Shown here: one piece after another, positions 28,266 through 37,581 of the stretch | Layout of the letters: every line of letters begins with the position of its first letter | Position numbering within the stretch: position 1 is the stretch's first letter | Assembly: GCA_964621445.1 (NCBI GenBank) | Contig: CAZUNO010000016.1 | Span: 8,929 to 72,928 of the forward strand | Source of the DNA: Candidatus Hadarchaeota archaeon | Lineage (GTDB): Archaea; CAYQAE01; CAYVLA01 | Reading direction: 5' to 3' | DNA: 64,000 bases | Program-made: the position numbers and the translations under genes | The notes under the pieces: model-generated | Told to the model about the DNA's origin: nothing | Database searches by the model: none | What the model saw: the letters and a program-made list of their open reading frames with translations, nothing else

Positions 28266-29018
28266 CTAAAAATTGGAGTCGCCGGAAGCCAGATTGCCTA
28301 GCAAGCCGCCTCCTCCCCGCTTTTTTTCTCCTCTGTCCACGTTGGCAGCTCTCATTATTCTGTCCGCGAGACGTGAGAAGGGAAGGGTTTGCAGGTAGAC
28401 GGTTCCCGGTCCCGAGAGATTTGCCAGGAACAGACCTTCACCGCCGAAGAACATGGTTTTGACGCCCCCGGCCCTCTTGATATCGTAATCAACCGTGTCC
28501 TGAAAGGCCACCAGGCATCCCGTATCCACCCTCAGCGATTGACCCGGGCCCAGGTCCCGCTTGATTACCGTGCCACCGGAGTAGGTGAATGCTAGCCCCT
28601 GGCCCTCGAGTTTCTGGAGTATGAATCCCTCGCCCCCGAAGAACCCCGCTCCGAGACGCTTGGTCAAAGCCACCGTTATGTCGATGCCCTCGGTTGAGCA
28701 GAGGAAGCTGTCCCTCTGGCAAAGATAGCTATTTCCAGGGGTGATCTGCAGGGGTATGACCTTCCCCGGATATGGCCCCGCAAATGCCACCTCACCGTCC
28801 TGGCTTGTGCACTCGAATGTGGTGATAAAGAAGCTCTCCCCGGAGATGGCCCTCTTTATGCCCTTCATTATGCCTCCCCCCGTCGAGGTATCCATGTTGA
28901 CCTCATCGCTCAGGTAGAGCATGGCCCCGGCCTCCGCCTGGAGCTTCTGTCCGACCTTCAAGTTGAATTCCACGGCCTGCATGTCGTCTCCAATAATCTC
29001 GTATTCAACATCAGCCAT
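28266..29018 (-). CDS. TIGR00266/AIM24 family protein
   Basis: GDDMQAVE, AEAGAM, GESFF, FFGGEGFILQ, FGGEGLFLA.L.GPG.V.LQTLPFSRLA. Confidence 0.92.
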   Translation of the reverse strand: MADVEYEIIGDDMQAVEFNLKVGQKLQAEAGAMLYLSDEVNMDTSTGGGIMKGIKRAISGESFFITTFECTSQDGEVAFAGPYPGKVIPLQITPGNSYLCQRDSFLCSTEGIDITVALTKRLGAGFFGGEGFILQKLEGQGLAFTYSGGTVIKRDLGPGQSLRVDTGCLVAFQDTVDYDIKRAGGVKTMFFGGEGLFLANLSGPGTVYLQTLPFSRLADRIMRAANVDRGEKKRGGGGLLGNLASGDSNF

Positions 29019-29145
29019 GCTTTCCACTGCCTTTTCCATGGCTTAAATCTCTTTGCGAATAACTATGAAGGGAGGAAAATCCGATATGTGGTACGCAGTA
29101 TTTATCAAAAGGGGCAGCATTATACTGGGCGAGGGGGAATCCTCG

Positions 29146-30537
29146 ATGGACCGAACTCGCATTACTCGCCTGATACTAAGCTTCTCAGTACTAATATCCG
29201 TCCTGCTTCCGGTCATGGCCGACCGGGGCATGGTCCCTCTCTCCGGGGTGTCCATTTATGGCCCGGGCCAGAAGGCCATCGTGGCCTGGAATGGCTTCGA
29301 GGAGGTATTGATACTCTCCACGGACGTGTATGCGGAGGAGGAATCCAAGGTGCTAGAGTTTCTTCCCCTCCCCAGCAGGCCGGACCTCATCAACGCCACC
29401 GATTTCTCGCCCTTTGAGAGCGTTCAGGATCTGCTGAATGATTACGGAAATTTAAAGACCGGTTCAAGGGGGAAGCTGGACGACGGCGGGATAGAGATCA
29501 TATTCCATGAGGAGATAGGTGCCCACGATATCACCGTGGTTAGGGTCGATGATTCGGATGATTTTCAATCCTGGGCCAACAGGTTCCTGGAGGATTCGGG
29601 TATTAGTGGCCGGGTTTCCGGTAGGGACCTTTCCCGGTCAGTTGATTCCTATATCTCCAAGGGATACTCATTCTTCGTACTGGACCTGATACAGGCATCC
29701 CCCGAGAGAAGAAGCGTTGAGCCCCTGATCTACAGGTTCAAATCCGATCATCTCTATTTTCCCCTTGAGGTTTCCCGCTTGGCCTCGGGAAGCGTGGATA
29801 TCACCCTATTCACGGTTACCGGGGGGCCCATATATGAGGAGGACCTGCATCACAAACTCTCCCTTGCCAACCGGCAGGGCCCGCTTCGACGCCCGGTGAG
29901 GTTCCGACTTGCTGAGTCCCGTCTCGATGATATTCATCCCAAAATAGGGGATCTCTTCCATGATGACGTATGGCTCAGCGTGGTCGAGTACCACGGCGAG
30001 CTCGACAATCTCGATTTTGATCTGGCCCTCAACAGGATTCAAACCCCGACCGGTGACATTCTAGTCATCAGTCCGTTCTTCTGGATAGGCTCCGGTGTCG
30101 CCCTGGGTATACTAATGGGCATCGTGATCTCTCAGTTAAACATGGGCCTTCTCAGGCTGGATTTCAAGCGTCTGGTGGCATCCATCGATTTCATCATCGT
30201 GTTCCTGCTTATGATCCTGGCCTCGGTGATGTCCTATTCCTGGTCGGGTTACGTATTCTGGATACTTGTCCCCCTGGCCATCCTCACCCTTTATTTCGCG
30301 ATTCGTAGCGGTGATAAGAAGATCATGTTGATCTATATCCTTCTACCGATTCTAGGACTTACCCTTATCTTCACGGTACTCTATGCCCACCTCCTGGAGA
30401 TGGTAATGGCCCTGGTATTCTTCCTAGGCTTCCTGCTTGCTGCGGCCTTTCCTCCTAATGGTGAAAGATCATTGAGCCGGGCCTTTAGCCGGAGCTCCAG
30501 GTGGATTAAGAAATCAAGGCGAAGAGGATCTCTATGA
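29146..30537 (+). CDS. DUF2330-like surface/membrane protein
   Basis: Signal peptide, ADRGM, QKAIVAWNGFEE.LIL, PLPS.P, IGAHD, PL.Y.F; five C-terminal TMs. Confidence 0.7.
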   Translation: MDRTRITRLILSFSVLISVLLPVMADRGMVPLSGVSIYGPGQKAIVAWNGFEEVLILSTDVYAEEESKVLEFLPLPSRPDLINATDFSPFESVQDLLNDYGNLKTGSRGKLDDGGIEIIFHEEIGAHDITVVRVDDSDDFQSWANRFLEDSGISGRVSGRDLSRSVDSYISKGYSFFVLDLIQASPERRSVEPLIYRFKSDHLYFPLEVSRLASGSVDITLFTVTGGPIYEEDLHHKLSLANRQGPLRRPVRFRLAESRLDDIHPKIGDLFHDDVWLSVVEYHGELDNLDFDLALNRIQTPTGDILVISPFFWIGSGVALGILMGIVISQLNMGLLRLDFKRLVASIDFIIVFLLMILASVMSYSWSGYVFWILVPLAILTLYFAIRSGDKKIMLIYILLPILGLTLIFTVLYAHLLEMVMALVFFLGFLLAAAFPPNGERSLSRAFSRSSRWIKKSRRRGSL

Positions 30538-30614
30538 TGAAGAATAGGTTAAATAGACAAAGTGACAATCAAAGCCATTCGTAAAGAGGTTAGCCGTGAT
30601 CCGAGGAGATAGCG

Positions 30615-31238
30615 ATGTTTGGTATAGGGAAGGATAAGAAGGTTTGGGATCCAACGGACGAGAAGGAAGAGGAATCTATGGAGGAAACGTCCAACCCCGG
30701 TGACCCCAAGGATGGGGACGAGGACGCCGCATTGATATCCGAGATGGATAGAGAATACCTGGAGGCCCTGGCCGAGCTGGATTACGGTGACGACGCCGTT
30801 AACCTCCTGGATAAGGCATACCATAAGAGGAGGAAGGAACCGGGAAAGCTTCTGACCCCTTCGGAGGAGGAGGAGTTCCAGTCCCTAGCGGAGGAAGAGG
30901 AAGTAGATGAGGCATCCGAACTCCTGGAGGAGGCCTACCACAGGGCCAAGAAGGAGGAGGAGAGCTTCCTCTCACCGCTGGACAAGGAATACGTCGATAT
31001 GCTGCAGGAGCTCGGCGAACGGGAAAAGGCTAAGACGATTCTCGATGATGCCAGGGAGAGCTTCGATGCACGTAAGGCCGAGCGGGAAGAACATCTTCTG
31101 ACACCAATCGACAAGGAGTATATGGACAGGCTCATGCAGCTGGGCTTGAAGGATGAGGCCCGACAGGTCCTGGACGAGGTCTATCGTGGCAAGAGATCGG
31201 ATGAGGAAAGATTGGGAAATCTGGTAAACCAGGGCTAG
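30615..31238 (+). CDS. acidic protein with four ~40-aa helical repeats
   Basis: Repeat L(S/T)PxD(K/R)EY...L.ELG..D.A..LLD.AY; GAGGAG SD. Confidence 0.75.
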   Translation: MFGIGKDKKVWDPTDEKEEESMEETSNPGDPKDGDEDAALISEMDREYLEALAELDYGDDAVNLLDKAYHKRRKEPGKLLTPSEEEEFQSLAEEEEVDEASELLEEAYHRAKKEEESFLSPLDKEYVDMLQELGEREKAKTILDDARESFDARKAEREEHLLTPIDKEYMDRLMQLGLKDEARQVLDEVYRGKRSDEERLGNLVNQG

Positions 31239-32005
31239 TCGAGGGAGCTTAGGAGGCGGGAAATATTCCCCCCTAGAATCCTTCTCCGGGACGCAGGTGG
31301 GATATCCGCTTTTTCGACCTGGAGCAGCGATGATTTGTAGTAGTGAAGTGGGGCATTGCTTCCGAAAACAAGCCTTGAATCCCCGTGGTCCCCTACCATT
31401 CTCCGGATAAAACCTATGGGAAAGGACCATTCACACCCCACCAGGACGTTATCGGTTCGGGACAGAATTTTCTCAACCTCCGCAGCCTTTGCGTTATTGA
31501 CCACCAGCGATAAATCGGGGTGGGACGTGGCGGCATCTATTATCCCCTCCACCTCCGTACCCAGAATTCGAAAAGAGGGATCCAATAGTCGACGGTCCCT
31601 CATCCTGGTGGAGATGAATACCAGCTGGTTCTCGCTTTCAGCGCTGTCCAGCAGTTTTCTGGTCCTTGAATCGGAGAGCCGGTAACGGTGGTGAGAGGGT
31701 ACCATCCGAATGATTGGATGGGTTGGCCCCAGGGGCGGGTTGGTGGGATTAACCACAGGAACCGGTATCAACCCCTCTATCCCTGAAGCGCTTCTCTCAA
31801 GCGCCCGGTTGGCGGCCATGTAGTCGCGATGAAAGATTGCGCCCAGGCTGGATACAAGACATGTACCGACGCTATTCTCCATTGAGACCCTCCTGAGTGA
31901 TGCCGGCTCATTGAAGGGCAGGGGTCTGGTAGGCCAGTTACCGACGTAGCAATTGGTATCTATGGTTCCCCTCAAATCGCTTAGCTCCGGTCCGTCTGAG
32001 TTCAT
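31235..32005 (-). CDS. amidohydrolase_2-family protein, degenerate metal site
   Basis: IDTNCY in place of IDxHxH; PVVNP; RLVFGSNAP; ILGGN. Confidence 0.75.
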   Translation of the reverse strand: MNSDGPELSDLRGTIDTNCYVGNWPTRPLPFNEPASLRRVSMENSVGTCLVSSLGAIFHRDYMAANRALERSASGIEGLIPVPVVNPTNPPLGPTHPIIRMVPSHHRYRLSDSRTRKLLDSAESENQLVFISTRMRDRRLLDPSFRILGTEVEGIIDAATSHPDLSLVVNNAKAAEVEKILSRTDNVLVGCEWSFPIGFIRRMVGDHGDSRLVFGSNAPLHYYKSSLLQVEKADIPPASRRRILGGNISRLLSSLD

Positions 32006-33238
32006 CTAATCGGGTCCTTGCTCCACTAGCTTGGTGGTCCTGACATCGTGATATAGCTTCCTTTTCACCATGATGGACCATAGCAGGGACCCGGATACGA
32101 AGAGTGTCGAACAGGTAATCAGCCATTCGATTATGTAGACCCAGAGCATGGCATTGTCCTTGACTTTCCTGGCCACGGCCTCCGCCTGGGCGAAGCCATC
32201 GAAGGCCCGTTGGAAGGTCTCCTCACAGCCCATGAAGTCCTGTTCCAGATATTGGTTGGATGCGGTTTGGCCCATCTCCTCCAGCTTCCATATCCGGTCC
32301 TGAATCCTCTGCGTGTTTGCCCCCAGCCTGTCCACGAAATCCTTCAAGGATATTAGAAGTTCCATCTTGTTCCTGAATTCTCGAAAGTTGATCTTAAGTC
32401 TGTGAAATACGTCCACGTCCTCGATGAGGTCCCTTCCAGTGGAGTATAGGACCATGTTGATGATTATATCACCGCCGTAGGGATTATCCTCCCCAAACCA
32501 GCTACCGAACCCGATGAATCCCCCGCAGGTCATGGTCCTCCCCTGGCCGTGATCCCAGGAGACCAGGAAGGGTACCTCGCTGGCGAAATTTCCATATTGG
32601 TAGGCCAGAACCCCGGCGGTCTGTCTGGGTATCACATATCTTGATACTATGGATGTGACCTTCTCTACCCCGTAATCCACGTACGGGGTCATCACCGGAT
32701 CGGGGAATTGCCTGTTTATCCTGATTATGTACAGGTCTAGGGGGCTCTCCCCGCCGCCCCCTCGGGCCACCACCGCTGGCGCGTCGTTGGGGAAGGCCTT
32801 CTGGGTGAGGGAGTTCGCCCAGGAGCTGTGAATCTGGCCAATTATGCTGAACACGCTACCGTCGTTGAACCCCCCTGCTCCCTCCACTATCCTGGTGTAC
32901 AGCCAACTATCCTGTTTATTGGTAAAAAGGTAGTATTCGGGAGCGAGGAGCATGATGTAGTCAAATGTTTCCACCTCCTCATAGGTTCGGGGGAAGTACT
33001 GCCTGATGTATTTCTGCATCGCCTTCATTCCCCCCTTGACCGCGGATGATCTTGAGGGAACTGCCGTGTAACTCATCATGGGATCCTCTCTAAACAGGAC
33101 CTCCGCGTGGTGGCCTCCGTTGACCGTTCCGATGAGAAGGGCATTGATCTTTTCCGTTTGGCATGCGGAGGGCGTTAACCAGGCGATCACTAGGATAAGT
33201 GCCATTAGAGGACGCCTGCCCGGGAGGAGATAGGGCAT
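32006..33238 (-). CDS. surface protein, paralogue of 26432-27670 (GATase-like, stalk, TM)
   Basis: Shared IRQYFPRTYE / VRLYIPRNYE, FVDRLGA / FADKFGA, VKDNAMLWVY / VKDQALFWVY, TTKL / TTRL. Confidence 0.72.
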   Translation of the reverse strand: MPYLLPGRRPLMALILVIAWLTPSACQTEKINALLIGTVNGGHHAEVLFREDPMMSYTAVPSRSSAVKGGMKAMQKYIRQYFPRTYEEVETFDYIMLLAPEYYLFTNKQDSWLYTRIVEGAGGFNDGSVFSIIGQIHSSWANSLTQKAFPNDAPAVVARGGGGESPLDLYIIRINRQFPDPVMTPYVDYGVEKVTSIVSRYVIPRQTAGVLAYQYGNFASEVPFLVSWDHGQGRTMTCGGFIGFGSWFGEDNPYGGDIIINMVLYSTGRDLIEDVDVFHRLKINFREFRNKMELLISLKDFVDRLGANTQRIQDRIWKLEEMGQTASNQYLEQDFMGCEETFQRAFDGFAQAEAVARKVKDNAMLWVYIIEWLITCSTLFVSGSLLWSIMVKRKLYHDVRTTKLVEQGPD

Positions 33239-33313
33239 GGTCAGTAAAAAATTGCAGCATATAGATAACTATTGGCCTTTAAGCCTCCCCGGGAGCCTGC
33301 TTATAGCTTGTCT

Positions 33314-34111
33314 TTAGGATCGACGATCCCTTTCCTGGAGCCTGGCCAGGGCCATGAAATTTCTTCCCAGTATTTTCTGTCTTTCCTCAGCGGTGACCCG
33401 GGCCGATAATACCTTGCCCAGGTTGGGAAGATATCCGGAGGCTGGGGCATCGGACCCGAAGAGAACCCTGTCCGCTCCCAAATGGTCAACTGCGGCCTCC
33501 ACCATTCCGGCCTCGTTTATGCTTCCACAGATGTCCACCGACACGTTCTCGCGGTCCTCCACCTCCCTTGCCCCGCTTTCCCACTGGCCACCTATGTGGG
33601 CCATGATAATGGGGACCTCGGGGAATGAGGAAGCGAGATCCCCGATCTCTGAGGGCAGCGTCTGGTATCCCTTACCCAGGACGGTGCCCCTTCGCCAGGC
33701 GTGGGCGAGGACGATGAGATCTTTGGTCCGTGCCGTCTCCATAACCGGGTAGACGCGCCTGTCATTTGCTGGACAGGAAATCCATATCTTGATTCCAACA
33801 AAGGCGGGATGGCTAGCATATAGATCGACCTGGTCTTGGGCCTCGGCGCCCCTGGTCGGGTCCAGGTAGATGTAGCCCCAGAGGCCCTGGTTGTCCTCAA
33901 CGGCATCGGCTACCAGTTCATTTCCCTTCCCTACGTTTCCGGGCGCGGACCAGTCCCAGTGGGAGAGACAGGAAACGCATACCCCGTCTATTTGCAGTCT
34001 CTGGGCCTCGTTTACCAGGACCGGGATGTCGCTCCGGTCCCATAGATGGGCATGGCAATCGATGATCGTTTCCCTAAATCCATGTGGGAGATTCTGAATG
34101 TTTCCTGCCAT
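33314..34111 (-). CDS. amidohydrolase_2-family metal-dependent hydrolase
   Basis: IDCHAH, GIK, LAH, MAHIGG, RVLFGSD, ILGRN. Confidence 0.88.
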   Translation of the reverse strand: MAGNIQNLPHGFRETIIDCHAHLWDRSDIPVLVNEAQRLQIDGVCVSCLSHWDWSAPGNVGKGNELVADAVEDNQGLWGYIYLDPTRGAEAQDQVDLYASHPAFVGIKIWISCPANDRRVYPVMETARTKDLIVLAHAWRRGTVLGKGYQTLPSEIGDLASSFPEVPIIMAHIGGQWESGAREVEDRENVSVDICGSINEAGMVEAAVDHLGADRVLFGSDAPASGYLPNLGKVLSARVTAEERQKILGRNFMALARLQERDRRS

Positions 34112-34303
34112 CTATAGGTTCATGCTCCCGGGTTTCCGTTATACTATCCTATTAAAGCATTTTTACCATTATGCAGGCCGCACAGTTACGGTGATGGTAA
34201 GCCTCTTCGAGGGTTTCGATCAGGACCTTGATTTCTCTTTCGGATGTTCCGGCAAGTCATAGTTTTAAGTAACTCGGCCAATGAAGTGGAGAGGCCGGAT
34301 CAC

Positions 34304-35293
34304 ATGGCGAAGATCTACTACGATGAAGAGGCTGACCTTTCATATCTGAAGGATGGAACGGTTGGAATAGTCGGCGGGGCCGGAATACAGGGTAGTGCCC
34401 ACTCGATGAATCTAAAGGACAGCGGAATCGACGTTGTGGTTAGCGAACTTCCTGGCAGCGAGTCCTGGAAAAAGGCCGAGGAGATGGGCTGGGATGTAAT
34501 GACCACAACCGAACTTTCGGAGTGCTCCGATGTCATTGCCCTGCTTACCCAGGATGATGTACAGCCGAAGGTGTATGAGAGCCAGATCGAGGAGAACCTG
34601 GAGTCTGGAAAGGCCCTGGTCTTTGCCCATGGATTCAACATTCACTATCACCAGATAATGCCCCCGGAGGACGTCGACGTGTTCATGATCGCTCCCAAGG
34701 GCCCGGGGTCATTGGTCCGTGACATGTACGAGCAGGGAAAGGGAGTGCCAGCCCTGGTGGCGGTTCACCAGGATGCTACCAGCAGCGCCCTTGATACGGC
34801 CCTGGCCTATGCAAAGGGCCTGGGCTGCACCAGAGCAGGAGTCCTGGAGACCACCTTCGCCGAGGAGACGGAGACCGACCTTTTCGGGGAGCAGACGGTT
34901 CTGTGTGGAGGGGTTTCCGAGCTGATAAAGGCCGGATTCGATACCCTGGTGGACGCCGGATACCAGCCCGAGTGCGCCTACCTCGAGGTTTGCCATGAGC
35001 TCAAATTGATCGTGGATATGATACATACGGATGGCATAACAGGTATGAGGAAAAGGGTCAGCGACACCGCGGAATACGGGGATATGACCAGGGGAAAGCG
35101 GGTTATAGACGACAGGGTGAGGCTGGAGATGTGCGAGATATTGAAGGAGGTTCAGAACGGCGAGTTTGCCAAGGAGTGGATCCTGGAAAACCAGGCCGGC
35201 CGACCATCCTTCAAGGCCCTCGAAAAAATGGAAGCGGAGCACCTAATAGAAAAGGTCGGTAAGCGCATCCGCTCCATGATGCCCTGGATGTAG
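34304..35293 (+). CDS. ilvC: ketol-acid reductoisomerase (class I)
   Basis: [49 protein letters not shown]. Confidence 0.96.
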   Translation: MAKIYYDEEADLSYLKDGTVGIVGGAGIQGSAHSMNLKDSGIDVVVSELPGSESWKKAEEMGWDVMTTTELSECSDVIALLTQDDVQPKVYESQIEENLESGKALVFAHGFNIHYHQIMPPEDVDVFMIAPKGPGSLVRDMYEQGKGVPALVAVHQDATSSALDTALAYAKGLGCTRAGVLETTFAEETETDLFGEQTVLCGGVSELIKAGFDTLVDAGYQPECAYLEVCHELKLIVDMIHTDGITGMRKRVSDTAEYGDMTRGKRVIDDRVRLEMCEILKEVQNGEFAKEWILENQAGRPSFKALEKMEAEHLIEKVGKRIRSMMPWM

Positions 35294-35309
35294 AATATGG
35301 TCCTGCGCC

Positions 35310-35828
35310 CTAGGGTACGGGAGGGCGGGTGGATTCGGGTCCGCGCCCCATGGCAACGGTACCCGTTCTGGCCATCTCCCTGATCCCGTGGGGCCTAAGC
35401 AAATCGACCAATGCCTCGATCTTTTGCTGGCCTCCGGTTATCTGCATGGTAAGCGAGGTGGTGTTTACGTCCACGACCTTGGCCCGAAAGACATCGGCAT
35501 AGTTCATCAGCAGGAGCTTGTCCTGCTCCGATTTGGCGTTGACCTTGACCAGGCAGAGCTCTCTAATCACGCTGGTTTCCCGGTCAAGGTCCGAGACCTT
35601 AACCACGTCAAGCTGCTTGTTCAGCTGTTTCTCCACCTGCTCAAGCACGGAATCGTCTCCCCTGACTATGATGGTCATTCGGGAGATGTCCTCCTTTTCC
35701 GTGGTTCCAACCGCTATGGATTCGATGTTGAATCCCCTTCGGCTGAAAAGTCCGGCTATTCGGTGTAGTACCCCTGGCTTGTTCTCAACCAGGGCAGCTA
35801 TGATATGGGGACGTATCACTTCAATCAC
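35310..35828 (-). CDS. ilvH: acetolactate synthase regulatory subunit
   Basis: LVENKPGVL.RIAGLFSRRGFNIESI, QLNKQ, REL.LVKV, EMARTG. Confidence 0.95.
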   Translation of the reverse strand: MIEVIRPHIIAALVENKPGVLHRIAGLFSRRGFNIESIAVGTTEKEDISRMTIIVRGDDSVLEQVEKQLNKQLDVVKVSDLDRETSVIRELCLVKVNAKSEQDKLLLMNYADVFRAKVVDVNTTSLTMQITGGQQKIEALVDLLRPHGIREMARTGTVAMGRGPESTRPPVP

Positions 35829-37581
35829 CTCTGAATCTGAAGCTTTCTCGTTTGCACTTCTCGGATAGCAGCATGTCGTCTATGCGACCGCCCGCCGGTA
35901 CCATGGGTAGCACGTTCTCCTCTTTCTCTATCTTTATGTCCACCACGGTAACCACATCGCTGGAGAAGGCCTCATCGAGGGCGGGCCCCACATCTCCCGG
36001 CCTGGTGACCTTTATACCGTTCGCCCCGTAGGCCTGGGCCAGCTTGGCGAAGTCGGGAACTTCGGGAACGGCTTTTCCCTTTCCAACCCCGGCATGATCC
36101 AGAAGAGTGGCCGATGCCCTCTGATCATAGAACAGGTCCTGCCACTGATAGACCATTCCCAAGGTCCGGTTGTCCAGGAGGCAGATCACTATGGGTATGT
36201 CCTCGATAACGCAGGTCGCCAGTTCCTGTAACACCATCTGGAAGCTTCCATCCCCGGCCAGGTCCACGACATTGAGGTCCGGACGGGCCACCTTGGCTCC
36301 TATGGATGCCGGGAAACCGAATCCCATGGTGCCCAGACCACCGGAGGATATCCAGCGATTGGGCTTGTCTAGCTTGAGGAAATGCGCTCCCCACATCTGG
36401 CACTGACCCACCTCGGTGACCACGATGGTATCGTCATCTATGATCCTGTTAAGCTCCTTCATGATCTTCTGGGGCTTGATCGGAACCTCGTCGTACTCGC
36501 CCTCCAGGCAGGAGTCACACTCGCGGATGAACTCCTTGACCTTCTCCCCATAGGCCGTCTTTTTCTTTCCATGGTCGATCCTTGAGATATCGGCGTTGAG
36601 CTCGGACAGTACCTGTCTGGCATCGCCCACTATGGGAATATGGGTCTCTATGTTCTTGCCTATCTCCGCCGCGTCGATGTCGATGTGTATTAACTTTGCG
36701 TTGGTGCAGAAAGTTGATGTATCCCCGGTAACCCGGTCCGAGAACCTCATGCCCACTGCAACTATCACGTCAGCGTCGCTGAGTATGTCGTTGGCGACCT
36801 TTCTACCGTGCATGCCCACCATGCCCAGGGCCAAAGGGTGGCTGTCTGGGAACGATCCCTTGCCCATGAGGGTGACCGCCACCGGTATCATCAGGGATTC
36901 GGAGAGCTTCACCAGCTCCTCCCCGGCATTGGAGGCAATCACGCCCCCGCCGGAGATTATTATCGGTCTCTCCGCGTTAGCCAGCATCTTGGCGGCCTTC
37001 TTTATCTGGTTTGGGTGTCCCTTTGGGCTGGGCCGGTGACCCAGAATCTCGACGTCACGTTTGTACTCGAAATCGATCTCCTCTTGCTGGGTGTCCTTGG
37101 GCAGGTCTATGTGGACCGGGCCCTTGCGACCGCTGGTGGCTATTATGAAGGACCTCCTGACGGTTTCAGGTATCTCCTTCCCGCTGTTCACCATGAAGTT
37201 GTACTTGGTTATGGGCATGAATATGCCGACGGTGTCGGCCTCCTGGAAGGAGTCGTTCCCTATCATGCCCGTGGGCACTTGCCCGGTGACCGCTATTACC
37301 GGTATCGAGTCATAGAAGGCGTTGGCAATACCCGTGGTCAGGTTGGTGGCGCCCGGGCCAGAGGTCGCGAAACAGACCCCGACCTTGCCGCTTGCTCGGG
37401 AGTAGCCGTCGGCGGCGTGGGATGCAGCCTGCTCGTGGCGTACCAATACGTGCCTGATGTCGGATTCATATAGTTTGTCGTACACATCGATCATGGCACC
37501 ACCTGGGATGCCAAAGACGTGTTCCACTTCTTCCTTCTCCAGGGCCCTTATCAGGGCCTGTGCTCCAGGCATTCTAGGCAT
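35821..37581 (-). CDS. ilvB: acetolactate synthase large subunit (biosynthetic)
   Basis: FGIPGGA, RHEQ, TSGPGATN, GMHG, RFSDRVTG, SGGLGTMGFG, GDGSFQM, PMVPAG. Confidence 0.96.
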   Translation of the reverse strand: MPRMPGAQALIRALEKEEVEHVFGIPGGAMIDVYDKLYESDIRHVLVRHEQAASHAADGYSRASGKVGVCFATSGPGATNLTTGIANAFYDSIPVIAVTGQVPTGMIGNDSFQEADTVGIFMPITKYNFMVNSGKEIPETVRRSFIIATSGRKGPVHIDLPKDTQQEEIDFEYKRDVEILGHRPSPKGHPNQIKKAAKMLANAERPIIISGGGVIASNAGEELVKLSESLMIPVAVTLMGKGSFPDSHPLALGMVGMHGRKVANDILSDADVIVAVGMRFSDRVTGDTSTFCTNAKLIHIDIDAAEIGKNIETHIPIVGDARQVLSELNADISRIDHGKKKTAYGEKVKEFIRECDSCLEGEYDEVPIKPQKIMKELNRIIDDDTIVVTEVGQCQMWGAHFLKLDKPNRWISSGGLGTMGFGFPASIGAKVARPDLNVVDLAGDGSFQMVLQELATCVIEDIPIVICLLDNRTLGMVYQWQDLFYDQRASATLLDHAGVGKGKAVPEVPDFAKLAQAYGANGIKVTRPGDVGPALDEAFSSDVVTVVDIKIEKEENVLPMVPAGGRIDDMLLSEKCKRESFRFRGD

